Assembly (NCBI GenBank): GCA_965198115.1
Contig: OZ240241.1
Span: 2,144,001-2,208,000 of the forward strand
Direction of reading: 5' to 3'
DNA: 64,000 bases
Source: Candidatus Latescibacterota bacterium
GTDB taxonomy: Bacteria; Latescibacterota; UBA2968
The notes beneath the pieces were generated by a model. That model had not been told where the DNA came from, did not search any database, and saw nothing but the letters and a program-made list of their open reading frames with translations. A program made the position numbers and the translations under genes. Positions 45,655 to 57,289 of this stretch are shown one piece after another. Numbering within the stretch: the stretch's first letter is position 1; every line of letters begins with the position of its first letter.

Positions 45655-48386
45655 CGAGCGTGGTTGATCCGCTGAACGCAGAACGTGCACTTCTCCATCA
45701 CGCCTCGTGCGCGAACCGTCACGTCGGGGTTGCGCATCAATTTCAGACTCTCTGTTTCGTCGTCGGAGTAATGGAAAAAGTTGAAACGGCGGACCTTGTA
45801 GGGACAGTTGTTCGAGCAGTAGCGCGTGCCCACACACCGGTTGTAGACCATGTCATTCAGGCCTTCCCGACTGTGAACCGTGGCGTTCACGGGGCAGACC
45901 ACCTCACAGGGCGCGTTCTCGCAGTGCATGCAGGGTACCGGCTGATGCAGCACCTCCGGTTCGTCCAACCCGCCCCGGTAATACCGGTCCACACGGATCC
46001 AGTGCATCTCGCGGCCACGGCTGACCTCCTTCGAGCCGACGACCGGGATGTTGTTTTCGGACTGGCAGGCGAGAGTGCAGGCGCTGCATCCCGTACACGC
46101 ATTCAGGTCGATCGTCATCCCCCACGCGTAGCCTTCGTGTCGATGGGTCTCGTTATCGTAGAGGGTCATCTCCTCGCCGAACGCGTGAGCGTGTTCGTGA
46201 GGGGCGTGTGGATCTACCTGGTAACGCTGAAGGTCGGCCGTGCGCACGATGGCGCGTCCCTCCATACTGTGGTGGTCTTGCGTACACGCGAGCTCGACCC
46301 GACGCCCCACCTTTTCCAGTCGCACGACCCCCGCTGCCCCGATCATCGGCATGGCGTTGAACCCCACGCCCGTCCCCACGCGCCCGGCGTGTTTGCGACC
46401 GAATCCGGCGTGCGCGACGAGCACCTCGTCGGCCTGACCGGGCTGGACCCATACGGGTGCTTCGACCGAGGCTTCCCCGACCGCCGCCCGGACGACGTCT
46501 CCGTTCGAGAGTGCGAGCGTTTCCGCGGTTCTGGGAGAGACCAGGAGCACGTTGTCCCACGTCAAACGCGTCATCGGACGCGGTAACTCCTGCAGCCACC
46601 CGTTGTTCGCGTAGCGTCCGTCCCAAACGGCCGAGTCGGGGCGCACGGAGAGCCGAAGACCCTTTCCCTCCTTCGTGGTGCCGGCCGCCACCGACGTACG
46701 AGCCTTGATTCGTTTGGCGCACGATCGTGTCCCTGCTACGACGCCGTCGTGAAGCGAGCGACGCCACGTCTTCTCGAACCCGGACCCCATCCGTGCGGAC
46801 CACCCGGCGCGCACGGTGTCGTAGCTCGATTTTCCCGCCTCGCCCAGCAGCACACTCACCACCTCGTGGGATGAGCGTCCGCCGTAGAGCGGTTCGATCA
46901 GAGGTTGGACGATCGACGCGGTTCCGTCGAAGGCGCGAGCGTCTCCCCACGTCTCGAGCGGATGCGCTTCGGGAACGTGCCAGTGGCTCAGCCGGGAGGT
47001 CTCGTTGAAGTAGGAACCGAGGTGGGCTCGAAACGGGATCCTCTCCAAGGCCGCTGCAAAGTCGACGTCTCCGGGGGCCGTGTAAACCGGGTTGCCCCCC
47101 AACATCAGGAGGTGCGTCATAAGCCCTGCGTTGGCATCCTCCACCAGCTCCGCCAGAGCGTCCCGCCCCGATTCCGTTCGTGCCTCCACCGGGTCGATCA
47201 CGTCGAACGTCGAGCCGTTGTTGCCCAGCGCTTCGTTCATCGCGTGCGCCAGCGCGTGCACCTCCGGCGGCATCTCATCACCCGGCAGGACGAGACACCG
47301 GCCGCGGTGCGCTTTGAGATCGCCGGCGATCGCACCTACCCAGTCTGCGCGCCCTGCGTCATCTCCCCTCGACGTGTCGACACCAACGTGGAAGGCCAGC
47401 TCACGCGCGAAAGCGACGATCGCCGCGGGCTTCAAGGGCAAGCGATGATCGGCCACGGATCCCGTGTTCGTGGGCGTCGACTCGATCGCATACAACCAGT
47501 TCATCCTGTTGCCGTTTTCCGAGACCCGACGCCGATCGGCGAACGCCTTCGCGTGAACGAGATGCGCGGATCCCGAAGACAGGAAATCGGCGTCGAGCGC
47601 GACGATCACGTCTGCCCGGTCTACGCGATAGACCACGTCCACGTCCTCACCGAACGCCCTCCGCGCCCCCTCACGGACCGGGTCGCGACCGAACGGTTCG
47701 TAGACGAGCCACTTCGCCCCCGGAAACGCCTCGAGCACCGAATCCAGCTGCCCCGCCAGTGTCGGCGAGGTAACCGTTTCAGTCAGGATGCGCAGCCCCG
47801 ACTCGCCTTGAGTCGAGAACCGTGCGCGCTCGACAGCGATGGCGTTCACGAAGTTGTCCCACGTGGACACCTGCCCGCCTCGCTGAACGACGTGGCTGCG
47901 ATCGGGGTCGTAGAGCGTGAGGATCGACGCCTGCGTGATCGCGTCGGTTGCGCCGTGCGTCGCCGGATGGTCCGGGTTGCCCTCGACCTTCGTCGGGCGA
48001 CCTGAATGACTTTCGACCAGCACGCCCGTCGCGTAGCCCCGATGCGACAGGGCAGACGCGTAGTAGAGCGGCTTCCCTGGAACGATCTCCTCTGGGGCGC
48101 GAACATACGGGACGAGCTTCTCCACCGGCTGGCGAGTGCACGCCGCGAACCCGCCGAAGGCGAGCGAGGCAGCCATCAGCTTGAGGAACTCGCGGCGGCT
48201 ACGACCATCTTCCCACGTGTCCGCGCCTTCAGGAAACTCGTGCTCCACGTAGTCGCGGAAGACATCGGTGGTGGCGACCTCCTCGAGGCTTCGCCAGAAA
48301 TCGGGTCCCTGTTTGCCCTGAAGCATCGATCGTATCTGCGCCAGATCCACGGCGCCGCGATGTCCGTCCCGGGTTACCGGTGGCAT
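45655..48386 (-). pseudogene. actB: Alternative complex III subunit B (Tat; molybdopterin-fold plus Fe-S), 3'-truncated
   Basis: FWRSLEE, SRREFLK, GRPTKVEGNP, CTGCSAC, CMHC, CVGTRYC, EKCTFCVQR; final Cys motif absent. Confidence 0.92.
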
Positions 48387-49025
48387 ATCGAGCAGTCCTG
48401 TAGGCGTTGGATGTCGTACGCTTCGACGAGCTTGGGCCCGATCACGGATTGAGGTTCCGCCGGCTCATAGTCCACGTTGAACACTTGCTCCCTCGGCCGA
48501 ACGTGTCGCTCGGGTGCGCGATGGCAGTCCAGACACCATTCCATGTTGAGCGTGTTCGCCTTCCGCATCAGTGGCATCTCGCCCACTGCGCCGTGGCACG
48601 ATTGGCAGCCGATCCCCTTGTGGAGGTGAATGCTGTGGTTGAAGTAGGCGAAATCGGGGAGGTCGTGGACTCGGTTCCACGCCACGGGCGATCCCGATCG
48701 CCAGCTTTCTCGAACGGGTTCGAGGAGGGGGGCGTCCCGCCAGACCTGAGAGTGGCACGTCATACACGTCTCGGTAGGAGGAATCCCCGCAAAGGCGGAC
48801 GTTTCGACCGAGGTATGGCAGTAACGACAGTCGAGTCCGATACCCGTCACGTGATGCTTGTGGCTGAACGGGACTGGCTGCTGTCGAGCGACGCCGACGT
48901 GGGTGAAGTAAGAAGAACGGTTGAGTTCGAGGATCATCCAGACGACGCCTGCGAGGACGAAAACGGCTGCCGAAGATGCTTAGTCGAGCGATGGTGTTCG
49001 TGCTGCGGTGGAAGAACTGAGGCAT
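48374..49025 (-). pseudogene. actA: Alternative complex III pentaheme cytochrome c, frameshift at ~48968
   Basis: MPQFFHRSTN start; QPVPFSHKHH; five CxxCH motifs. Confidence 0.9.
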
Positions 49026-49044
49026 CCGACCTCATCTATAATAT

Positions 49045-50461
49045 GGCTCTATCCGGGTTTCTCAACGGTGAAACTATAGAATGACAAGGTCATAGATCGT
49101 TCCCTACGCTTGGTTGTGTGTGTAGGACAATCAAAGCGAAGGGGGTGCGACCTATGACCGGGAGCAGATTACTATCGAAACTGCTGAGATTCAAGGGGTT
49201 CCGTGTTGTCAGCTGGTGGTTTGAGGGGAGAAGCTGCTTCGTCATCGCCGTAAAGCCACATAAGAATGGTTGTTGTTGTCCGGAGTGCGGCCGTCGAGGT
49301 AAAATCGTCCGCACAATGCCCCATCCGCGTCGTGGCGTGACATTCCGGTGTGCGGGTGGAGGGTCTGGCTTCTCTACCATCCTCGGGAGATTCGGTGTCC
49401 TACCCACGGTCGTGTGGTCGAGGAGATTCCGTGGGCGGAGCGGTTCTCTCGGGTGACGTATCGCTTCGAGTATGCCATGCTGCGCTACTGCCAGACCATG
49501 ACGCAGAAGGCGGCGTCCGAGTTACTGCGCATCTCTGCCTCGACGCTGTCGGATCTCCTTCACCGATCCATCACGCGGCTTCGTGAAGGTCATCGTATCC
49601 GAGGGCTCAAAACCATCGGGATCGACGAGATCTCCTACGCCAAGCGTCACAGGTACGCCACGCTCGTTTACGATCTGGACCGCTCCTGCGTGGTGTGGGT
49701 TGGCCGCGGCAGGGCGCGTAAAACGATCGATCGGTTCTTCACAGAGGCTCTCAGTCCCTACCAGAGATCCAAGATCGAGTGGGCCTGCTGCGACATGAGC
49801 GAAGCTTACATCGGAGCCATCCAGGAACACTGTCCGAATGCCAAGCTGGTCCTCGATCGCTTTCACATCGTCAAGGCTCTCAATGCCGCTTGACGAGGTC
49901 CGTAAGGACCAGTGGCGTAAAGCTGCCCCGGATGAGCGCAAAGCCATGAAGGGCCTCCGATGGCTCCTCTACCGGCACTCAGCGACACGCTCCAGAGGGG
50001 ATACTCGGACACTCAAAGCACTGGAGAAGGCGAACTACCGAATCTATAGAGCCTGGAGACTCAAGGACGAGTTCGAGCAGTTCTGGGAATACAAAGCGCC
50101 CTGGGCTGCCGAACGCTTCCTGAAATGCTGGACGACGTCCGCACTCAGAAGTCGACGTGAACCCCTGCGAAAGTTCGTCAGGACCCTGCGACAGCACTTC
50201 TTCGGCGTCCTCGCATTCGTGAACACGCGTCTTACCAACGCCATCGCCGAAGGCCTCAACCGAATCGTCCAAATCGTCAAGAACCGAGCCAGCGGATTCC
50301 GCACACTCGACGCATTCAACGATATGATCTTCCTTACCGTCGGAGACATAAACATCCCTGAGCAGATTCCGAAGAGGTTCCGCACACGCTAACCGCGCCC
50401 CCATGCCAGGAACCACGGCACCTTCACCCACTTCATCTCGTTGAGAGATCCAGATATAGCC
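49045..50461 (+). mobile_element. ISL3 copy 6 (1417 bp; transposase frameshifted at ~49331 and ~49889)
   Basis: TSD TATAATAT; inserted 19 bp upstream of the actA start. Confidence 0.94.
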
Positions 50462-50610
50462 TATAATATGGACCTACCTTAATCCAGATGCTAGGCACGA
50501 ACAAGAAGCTGGTAAATATACGTCCCGCGGACAGAGCGTCAACCGACAGGCCTGCGAGTCCCAAGGAAGGGGAAACCCCAACACGACAGCGACTTCCTTC
50601 CTCGTCACAC

Positions 50611-51972
50611 TCAGCCGCGCGCTTCCTGGGCGGTGACCCGACGCTGGCCGGCCTTGCGTGTGGTCTCGGCCGGAACGATCTCGGGCGCGAGCTCCCCTGC
50701 TTGAACCATCCGACGAACCAGTCTATCGCGCATCACGACTCGGACGTCTTCGTGAGACTCCGCGCCGACCAGATTGGTCAGCTCGTACGGATCGACCTGC
50801 AAATCGTAGAGGTATTGCTCCACATACGATTCCGATCCGACGTCATCTCGACCGGACTTGTCGGGCGCATCCACGCCGTATTTCCACCGATGCGTGCGCA
50901 CCGCGCGACCCACCTGAGTTTCGCTGATCTGGATGAACGCCTCCTCCGGCCAGTCATCCGCACCCCCCCGAACGACCGGTAAAATCGATCGGCCCTGCAT
51001 CTCATCCGGGACGTCAATGCCTGCAGCATCGAGCAGCGTCGGCGGGAGATCGATCAGACTGATCATCTCGGTCAGAGAGCCGCCGGCATCGAACCCGGGA
51101 CCTTGAAAGGCGGTGGGTACGTGAACGGAGCTCTCGTGACACGATCGTTTGTATTCACTGTTTCGAGTCTTGAAGTGGCAGCCGTGGTCCGACGTGAACA
51201 TCACAATGGTTTTCTCCATCAGCCCCAGGCTCTTCAGCGCGTCAAGCACCCGTCCGAAGGCCTCGTCCAATCGTTTGACCATCCCGTAGTAGCCGCCCAG
51301 ATGCTGATGCGTCGACCCGCCGAGCGCGGCCAGGTCGGGGGGAATCCAGCCACCTGTGTAGCGCTCTCGATAGCCGTCCGGGGGAGGATAGTCGTCCAGA
51401 TGATTCTGATGGTGGGGTTCGATGTAGGATGAGAACAGGAAGAAGGGCTCGTCCTGATGCGCGTCGATGTAGCGAATCACGGCATCCACCCGATACCCCG
51501 GCATCTTCACGGGGTTCCCGTCGTTGTCATACATCACACAGTCATAGGCGTCCGAAGTAAACTCGAGCACGTTCGACGCCAGCCAGTCCTCGTAACCGCC
51601 TCGCTGATCCTCGGGCACGGGGCCCGCGATCTGACTCTCTGGACGTCCGTCCCCCGCCGCAAGATGCCACTTTCCGATGTATCCGGTACGATAGCCGGCT
51701 CCACGAAAGTGATGAGCCAGGGTCGTCGCGTCCTTCGGCAACGGAATCCCGTTTCGATGGCATCCGATCGTCGTCGCGTAGAGCCCCGTCTGCAGACACG
51801 ATCGCGCCGGCCCGCACACCGGCTGGCACGTAATCGAATTGACCACGTGCGTGCCGCGCCTGGCCATCGCATCGAAATTCGGCGTCAGGTCCATCGGGTT
51901 CCCGTGCAGACCCGACGTGTCCCATCGCTGCTGATCCGTGAAAAACACGATCACATTCGGCCGATCCGCCAT
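50611..51972 (-). CDS. Formylglycine-dependent sulfatase
   Basis: FTDQQR, CGPARSCLQTG, GKWHL, TSDHG. Confidence 0.92.
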   Translation of the reverse strand: MADRPNVIVFFTDQQRWDTSGLHGNPMDLTPNFDAMARRGTHVVNSITCQPVCGPARSCLQTGLYATTIGCHRNGIPLPKDATTLAHHFRGAGYRTGYIGKWHLAAGDGRPESQIAGPVPEDQRGGYEDWLASNVLEFTSDAYDCVMYDNDGNPVKMPGYRVDAVIRYIDAHQDEPFFLFSSYIEPHHQNHLDDYPPPDGYRERYTGGWIPPDLAALGGSTHQHLGGYYGMVKRLDEAFGRVLDALKSLGLMEKTIVMFTSDHGCHFKTRNSEYKRSCHESSVHVPTAFQGPGFDAGGSLTEMISLIDLPPTLLDAAGIDVPDEMQGRSILPVVRGGADDWPEEAFIQISETQVGRAVRTHRWKYGVDAPDKSGRDDVGSESYVEQYLYDLQVDPYELTNLVGAESHEDVRVVMRDRLVRRMVQAGELAPEIVPAETTRKAGQRRVTAQEARG

Positions 51973-52236
51973 CCACACCTCCTGCGGGGGTTCATATGTA
52001 TCGGGGCACGGCAATATAGACGCTTTCTCCCGTTCCACTGGACATTTCTAACCGTTCCGCAGGTGTCTAAGTGTCAGTGTCTGGAGGGGGTTCCGTCTTT
52101 CCTGAACACCGAACACCGAACACCGCTTGCCGCCGAAGCCCCACAGAGCGAAGAACCGCACACTCAAAGCTGGCCCCCGGTCCGACTGACCGCTATCTTT
52201 CAATCGATCAATCAACTCAACAGGGAAGCAATCATC

Positions 52237-53520
52237 ATGGCCGACACGCCAGAAGGAAACGCCGCCCACCTCGAGCTCGCCGATCGGTATCTCCCGGGCG
52301 CGAGCCTTGGAATGTTCCAGCTCCCGGATGAAAGCCGGTTCGTCATCGCCCGCGGCAAGGGGAGTCGCGTATGGGACTCGGACGGCAAGGAATACGTCGA
52401 CTTCGTGCTGGGGTCGGGCCCGATGGTTCTCGGCCACGCACCCGACAGCGTCGTCGAGGCTGTTCAGAAACAGGTCGCACTGGGATCGACCTACTACGGG
52501 CTGAACGAACCCGTCCTCAGGCTGGCGCAGCAGATGTGCGATGCCTCTCCCTGCGGCGAAATGGCGCGATTCACGTGCTCGGGAACAGACGCTACGTTCT
52601 CCGCGATCCGTCTCTCTCGTGCATACAGCGGTCGCGAGAAGATCCTCAAGTTCGACGGGGGATGGCACGGTGGCCACGACTACGCCCAACAGGATATGGC
52701 CGATGGCGGGCCGGCAAGCCGCCCCCTCTCGGACGGCATTCCCCAAGGGGCGACCGACACCGTACTCGTCAGTCCATTCAACGACGCCGCCACCGCGACA
52801 GATCTGATCGGTCGCCACGCCGGCGATCTGGCCGCCGTCATCGTCGAGCCTCTCCAGCGAGCGATCAAACCCGAACCCGGCTTCCTCGAAGCCCTTCGCG
52901 AGGTGACGAGCAAACACGGTATCGTCCTCATCTTCGACGAAGTCGTCACCGGCTTCCGGCTCGCCTGGGGCGGCGCGCAGGAGCACTACGGCATCGAAGC
53001 TGACGTCGCCGTTTACGGAAAAACCATTAGCGGCGGTTATCCCCTGGCGGCAGTCTGCGGGCGGAAAGACATCGTCGACTGCGCCGATCCAGGACGCAAG
53101 GGGAAGGAGCCCTACGTCTTCATCAGCGGGACGTTCAACGGGAACCCGATCAGCGCGACGGCCGGTCTTGCGACACTCGAAGCATTGCACCAGCCTGGCG
53201 TCTACGATCGCCTGTTCGAGGTCGCCGATCGCTTGAAAGCGGGGTTCGACAAGGCGGCCGGCGAGCGAGGCATTCCCTTTCAGATCATTGGGGACGGCCC
53301 CGTGCTCCAGCCGTTTTTCTTCACCGAGCCGATTCGCAACCACGCCGATTCGCAGCGCGGCGATCGAACCCGAATCAATCGGTTCGGAGATTCCCTCATC
53401 GAGCAAGGCATCTTCATCAACCCCAGCGGAAAGATCTATCTGTCCACGGCACATTCCGATGCCGACATCGATCACGCGATCGAGGCAGCGGGACGCGCGT
53501 TCGACCAACTCGATAGTTAA
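52237..53520 (+). CDS. Class III PLP aminotransferase (glutamate-1-semialdehyde aminomutase-like)
   Basis: SGTDA, WHGGHD, LIFDEVVTGFR, YGKTISGG, SGTFNGN. Confidence 0.9.
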   Translation: MADTPEGNAAHLELADRYLPGASLGMFQLPDESRFVIARGKGSRVWDSDGKEYVDFVLGSGPMVLGHAPDSVVEAVQKQVALGSTYYGLNEPVLRLAQQMCDASPCGEMARFTCSGTDATFSAIRLSRAYSGREKILKFDGGWHGGHDYAQQDMADGGPASRPLSDGIPQGATDTVLVSPFNDAATATDLIGRHAGDLAAVIVEPLQRAIKPEPGFLEALREVTSKHGIVLIFDEVVTGFRLAWGGAQEHYGIEADVAVYGKTISGGYPLAAVCGRKDIVDCADPGRKGKEPYVFISGTFNGNPISATAGLATLEALHQPGVYDRLFEVADRLKAGFDKAAGERGIPFQIIGDGPVLQPFFFTEPIRNHADSQRGDRTRINRFGDSLIEQGIFINPSGKIYLSTAHSDADIDHAIEAAGRAFDQLDS

Positions 53521-53535
53521 TGAGGGGAGGATGCG

Positions 53536-54219
53536 ATGGGTATCGTGACGGTTTCCAGACAGTACGGGTCCGATGGGCGAACCGTCGGCCTGAGAGCATC
53601 CGAGCGGTTGGGCTACCGCTACATAAACAAGGAGATCATCTCAGAAGTCGCACAGAAAGCCAACGTGCCCGTCAACGAAGTCGAACGGTTTGACGAACAG
53701 CCTGAATCAGCCGCCCTACGAATCCTCAGAAAATTCCTCGCCCCCAGCTACATGACAGTCGGGCCGGAACTGGCCGAACACGATTGGTGGACGGCCACAA
53801 CACTCGCCGGCGTCACGCCCTCCAACCACGAGAGTCTGTCGCTCGACGAAGACGTATTCGTCCAGCTGACGCGGGAAGTGATCAACAAGCTGGCGGAACA
53901 GGGCAACATCGTTCTTCTCGGCCGGGGCTGCCAGGCATTGCTGTCCGGCCGGTCCGACGTCCTTCACGTACGCGTCGTCGCCCCGCTCGAGTATCGCATC
54001 GATGTCGCCAAAAGACGCGATGACCTCGACGAGACCGCCGCAAAGGCCGAGATCCAGGAAATGGATCAGCTGCGAAAAACCTATCTGAAGCGACACTACA
54101 ACGTCGATTGGAACCGCGCTGATCTGTATCATCTGGTCGTCAACACGGCTTGGCTGGGCATCGAAGGAGCAGCCTCGCTGATCGAGTCGGCCGCACGCGC
54201 CCTCCCCTTCCGCGCCTGA
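53536..54219 (+). CDS. Cytidylate kinase-like family protein
   Basis: VSRQYGSDG, LLGRG, YHLVVNT. Confidence 0.85.
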   Translation: MGIVTVSRQYGSDGRTVGLRASERLGYRYINKEIISEVAQKANVPVNEVERFDEQPESAALRILRKFLAPSYMTVGPELAEHDWWTATTLAGVTPSNHESLSLDEDVFVQLTREVINKLAEQGNIVLLGRGCQALLSGRSDVLHVRVVAPLEYRIDVAKRRDDLDETAAKAEIQEMDQLRKTYLKRHYNVDWNRADLYHLVVNTAWLGIEGAASLIESAARALPFRA

Positions 54220-54335
54220 TCGGGATCACGCCCCACCTCTGCTCTGGCAAGGCTTAACCCCTCGGGAGAACGACGGATAGAGCACCATACAGGCCTTCTA
54301 TCCTATTGTTTCTTCGCGCCTTGGTGTCTTGGTGG

Positions 54336-54362
54336 TTCAGCTTTTGCGAAAACCGCCGATAA
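54336..54362 (+). promoter_or_regulatory. Sigma28 (FliA)-like promoter
   Basis: TTCAG-14 nt-GCCGATAA. Confidence 0.5.
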
Positions 54363-54423
54363 TCGGTAGGGGCAGCGCTACAAAGCGCTGACGCAGCGCC
54401 ACAGACCTCTGGGAGCACTTGCC

Positions 54424-54633
54424 GTGAACCCGATCAATCCCTTATACGGTGGCCTTACTGGATATGGATCCACCAGTCTGGACCTGATGGAACGAACGGC
54501 CGAACTAATCGAGGAAGTCGTCCAGTTTCGCCCAGAGATACGGGACTACAGCGCGCCCCGCATGTCTCTCGCCTCCTCGCTCAACGCCGTCCCGCTGGCG
54601 GATTTGAGACCGGTGATCGACATTCAGGCCTGA
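54424..54633 (+). CDS. Small hypothetical protein (69 aa) ending VIDIQA
   Basis: SD GGGAG; followed by a terminator. Confidence 0.55.
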   Translation: MNPINPLYGGLTGYGSTSLDLMERTAELIEEVVQFRPEIRDYSAPRMSLASSLNAVPLADLRPVIDIQA

Positions 54634-54657
54634 ACGGATTCTACACGAAACGCATAT

Positions 54658-54691
54658 AAAAAGGCCCTCGTTCCTGGAACGAGGGCCTTTC
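54658..54691. terminator. Bidirectional terminator between the two small genes
   Basis: AAAAGGCCCTCGTTCC-T-GGAACGAGGGCCTTT. Confidence 0.8.
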
Positions 54692-54729
54692 ATCATTGCG
54701 GGGATGTGCGGGCGTGCTGGGATAGTCGT

Positions 54730-54909
54730 CTAGGCCGTGACATCCACGTGATGCGCGTCCACTTGTGGCGTGTCGGCAAGCTGCGTCGTCGGCGCATCCA
54801 CTCCCCCGTCACTCGATTTCGGGACAGGAGTTGGCATTTGCTGTAGGGATCTGACGATCAAATCGACCGTCAGGCTATTGATTCCCTGAACGGATGCCGA
54901 CATCGTCAT
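54730..54909 (-). CDS. Small hypothetical protein (~59 aa) ending HVDVTA
   Basis: Strong SD AGGAGGT. Confidence 0.6.
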   Translation of the reverse strand: MTMSASVQGINSLTVDLIVRSLQQMPTPVPKSSDGGVDAPTTQLADTPQVDAHHVDVTA

Positions 54910-54951
54910 CACCTCCTCTAACGCACATCCCTCTACTGGGCCTTAGTTTTA

Positions 54952-54979
54952 ATTTCGGCATCCAAATCGCCAATCTTGA
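54952..54979 (-). promoter_or_regulatory. Sigma28 (FliA)-like promoter
   Basis: TCAAG-15 nt-GCCGAAAT on the minus strand. Confidence 0.45.
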
Positions 54980-55137
54980 CTGAGCGGCCCGAAATCCGGA
55001 CGATTTTTCCCGCGTAGACCAAAACCCGCCTCGGACCTTCTGAATCAACAAGACCGGTGTAACGGACAGTTCTCCGAGATTATTATCCCAAACGTCTATA
55101 AATCAACATGTTATTGACTTATATTTCGCCCCAAGAA

Positions 55138-55172
55138 AGAAGCCCGGCACCTACACCGGGCTTTCGTTTTTT
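55138..55172. terminator. Terminator hairpin
   Basis: AAGCCCGG..CCGGGCTT followed by a T-rich tract. Confidence 0.7.
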
Positions 55173-55268
55173 CGGTATCTCCGCCTCGAATGACCCCGGG
55201 CGCGATGTGATCGTCACCTTGCCCGCTGTGCCATGAGGCAGTCCCGTCCGCGGTCGGTTTCGGCCTCG

Positions 55269-56501
55269 CTACGACATCGCCTCCGCGACCTTGTTGATCG
55301 CGGCACCCACATCCCGGATGTCATCCTCTGCCATGTGTTCGTGGATGCCTCGCACAACGACGGTCTCCAGTCCCTTGACCGCTTCGGGGACCAGCTCCGG
55401 CCCGTAGGTGTAGTCCCGGCTCGTTACGCCGCACGTGAAAGGACAGCCGCTCGTTCCGTAGGTATGCTTTTCCGTCAGGAAGGAGCCGCGCATGTAGATC
55501 GGGTCGTTGATGTAGTGGGCGCGCATCGCCACACCCTCGGCCGTGGCTGCCTCGCAGAACTCGTCCGGATCGTGTCCGGTCACGTGGAAGATGAAATTCC
55601 ACCACGACGTCTCGCGATCGTCTTGCACCTTCACCGTCGTGATTCCCGGCGCATCCTCGATCAGATCGTTCAGCAGGGCGCCCAGCTCGATACGTCTCTC
55701 AACCGTGCCCCGCACTTTCTCCAGCTGAGCGATCCCGACGGCCCCCTGCAGTTCCGTCATCCTGTAATTCGGCGCGAGGAAGGCGTGGTCCCGATCGCCC
55801 ATGTATTTGTAGTCCCAACCTTTGTCCGCGAAGAGCATCAGCCGTCGGTGGGTATCCTTGTCGTCCGTGATCGTCACGCCACCGTCGCCGGTCGTCATAT
55901 GTTTCGACCCCTGCAGACTGAAGCAGGCCATATGTCCGTAAGCCCCGGCGAATCGATCTTTGTACTTCGTCGCGTGGCATTGGGCGCAGTCCTCGATCAG
56001 CACCAGGTCGTGCCTCTCCGCGATTTTCACAACCTCGTCGATATTGCAGGGGCGCCCGAACAAATGCACCAGAATGATGGCCCGTGTCCGATCGCTGATA
56101 TTCGCCTCGATCGATTCCGGCGTCATGTTCAGCGTCAGCGGATCGACATCCGCGAACACGGGCACCGCCTGCTGCATCAGGATCGGCATGACACTACCCG
56201 GATCCGTGATCGGCGCAGTGATGATCTCGTCCCCCGGATTCGGATTGACCGCTCCGATCGCAATGTGGATGGCCGACGTACCGCTCGTCGAGCACTGCCC
56301 ATACTTCGCCCCATAGAAGTCGGCAAAGGACTGCTCGAACCGCTTCACGAACGTACCGCTCTTTCCAAACAGATTCTGACTCCTCACCGCTTCGAGCAAC
56401 AGCGTCTCCTCTGTCGTATCGAACGGGGCGCGGTTCGGAAACGGCGTCGTTCGAACCTGTTCACCGCCGTTGATGGCAAGAGCTTCGGTCGTTGTCGTCA
56501 T
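55269..56501 (-). CDS. DegT/DnrJ/EryC1/StrS PLP aminotransferase
   Basis: SGTSA, VHLFG, IEDCAQ, FSLQGSKHMTTGDGG, NYRM. Confidence 0.92.
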   Translation of the reverse strand: MTTTTEALAINGGEQVRTTPFPNRAPFDTTEETLLLEAVRSQNLFGKSGTFVKRFEQSFADFYGAKYGQCSTSGTSAIHIAIGAVNPNPGDEIITAPITDPGSVMPILMQQAVPVFADVDPLTLNMTPESIEANISDRTRAIILVHLFGRPCNIDEVVKIAERHDLVLIEDCAQCHATKYKDRFAGAYGHMACFSLQGSKHMTTGDGGVTITDDKDTHRRLMLFADKGWDYKYMGDRDHAFLAPNYRMTELQGAVGIAQLEKVRGTVERRIELGALLNDLIEDAPGITTVKVQDDRETSWWNFIFHVTGHDPDEFCEAATAEGVAMRAHYINDPIYMRGSFLTEKHTYGTSGCPFTCGVTSRDYTYGPELVPEAVKGLETVVVRGIHEHMAEDDIRDVGAAINKVAEAMS

Positions 56502-56561
56502 AGAATCCTCGATGCGAAACGTTGATACATCACTCAAACAGGAGAGTCGTCGCGAAATAAT

Positions 56562-56589
56562 GTGGGGACGCTTCGCGAAACGTCCCTAC
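56562..56589. repeat. REP-like palindrome
   Basis: GTGGGGACGCTTCGCGAAACGTCCCTAC, of the GTAGGG..CCCTAC type. Confidence 0.55.
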
Positions 56590-56592
56590 GCG

Positions 56593-57180
56593 TTATACAA
56601 TCTGCAAAATCATCTCGTAACGATCTCGACCCTTCGGAAACGGCATCATCATCACCAGCCGCGCCTCGGCGATCGCTCCTTCGCGATCAGAACTCGGCCA
56701 GACAGGCCATTCGATGCGTGCACCACCCGGCAACAGCAGTCGCCAGACACCGTGCTCGACCGCGCCGGCCTGTCCCGGAACGGACCACGCAAACGGCTGC
56801 TCCCCGAGCAGAATCGCATCGCCGGTCGAGAGCTTCACCACCTCACCGGTACGCGGAACCAGCGGCAGGCATCCCGTCAGCTGGTCGGCCTTCCCATCGA
56901 CTCCGTAGACGATACCCAACTCGGCCTCGCCCCGGTCGATTAGCCTGACCGTCCCGACATCATCTCCATAAGTCAGACGAACCCCGTAGCCGTCTTCCTC
57001 TTCCAGCAGCTCGGTCTTATCCGCCTCGTCGACGCTCGGCACTGCAGCCGCGAAGGACCCATCCCCAACCGCAAACGGGCCCCCTCCAATGACGAGCCCC
57101 GCCCTATCGTGACGAACGCTGAGGCCCTGTTCGTCAACATCGAAGACCCAGGCGCTCCTCACTACCGCTTCGCCTGCCAC
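56593..57180 (-). CDS. Hypothetical protein, possibly 5'-truncated
   Basis: ORF co-directional with neighbours; no motif recognised. Confidence 0.5.
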   Translation of the reverse strand: MAGEAVVRSAWVFDVDEQGLSVRHDRAGLVIGGGPFAVGDGSFAAAVPSVDEADKTELLEEEDGYGVRLTYGDDVGTVRLIDRGEAELGIVYGVDGKADQLTGCLPLVPRTGEVVKLSTGDAILLGEQPFAWSVPGQAGAVEHGVWRLLLPGGARIEWPVWPSSDREGAIAEARLVMMMPFPKGRDRYEMILQIV

Positions 57181-57289
57181 GAGGTTCGATGCTGGGTCTT
57201 CAATTCTCGATTCTCGATCTCCGATACTCGACCAGCATGGCCATTAGAAGGGGGCATCGCCAACGGCGTTACGTTGACACGCGTCACCT

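Noticed and set aside
51470-51495. Possible short in-frame deletion in the sulfatase (RVDAVIRY)
   Set aside because: Cannot be established without an alignment; the ORF and catalytic motif are intact
51457-52236. 260-aa N-terminal extension of the aminotransferase
   Set aside because: Antisense shadow of the sulfatase gene; SD and ATG are at 52237
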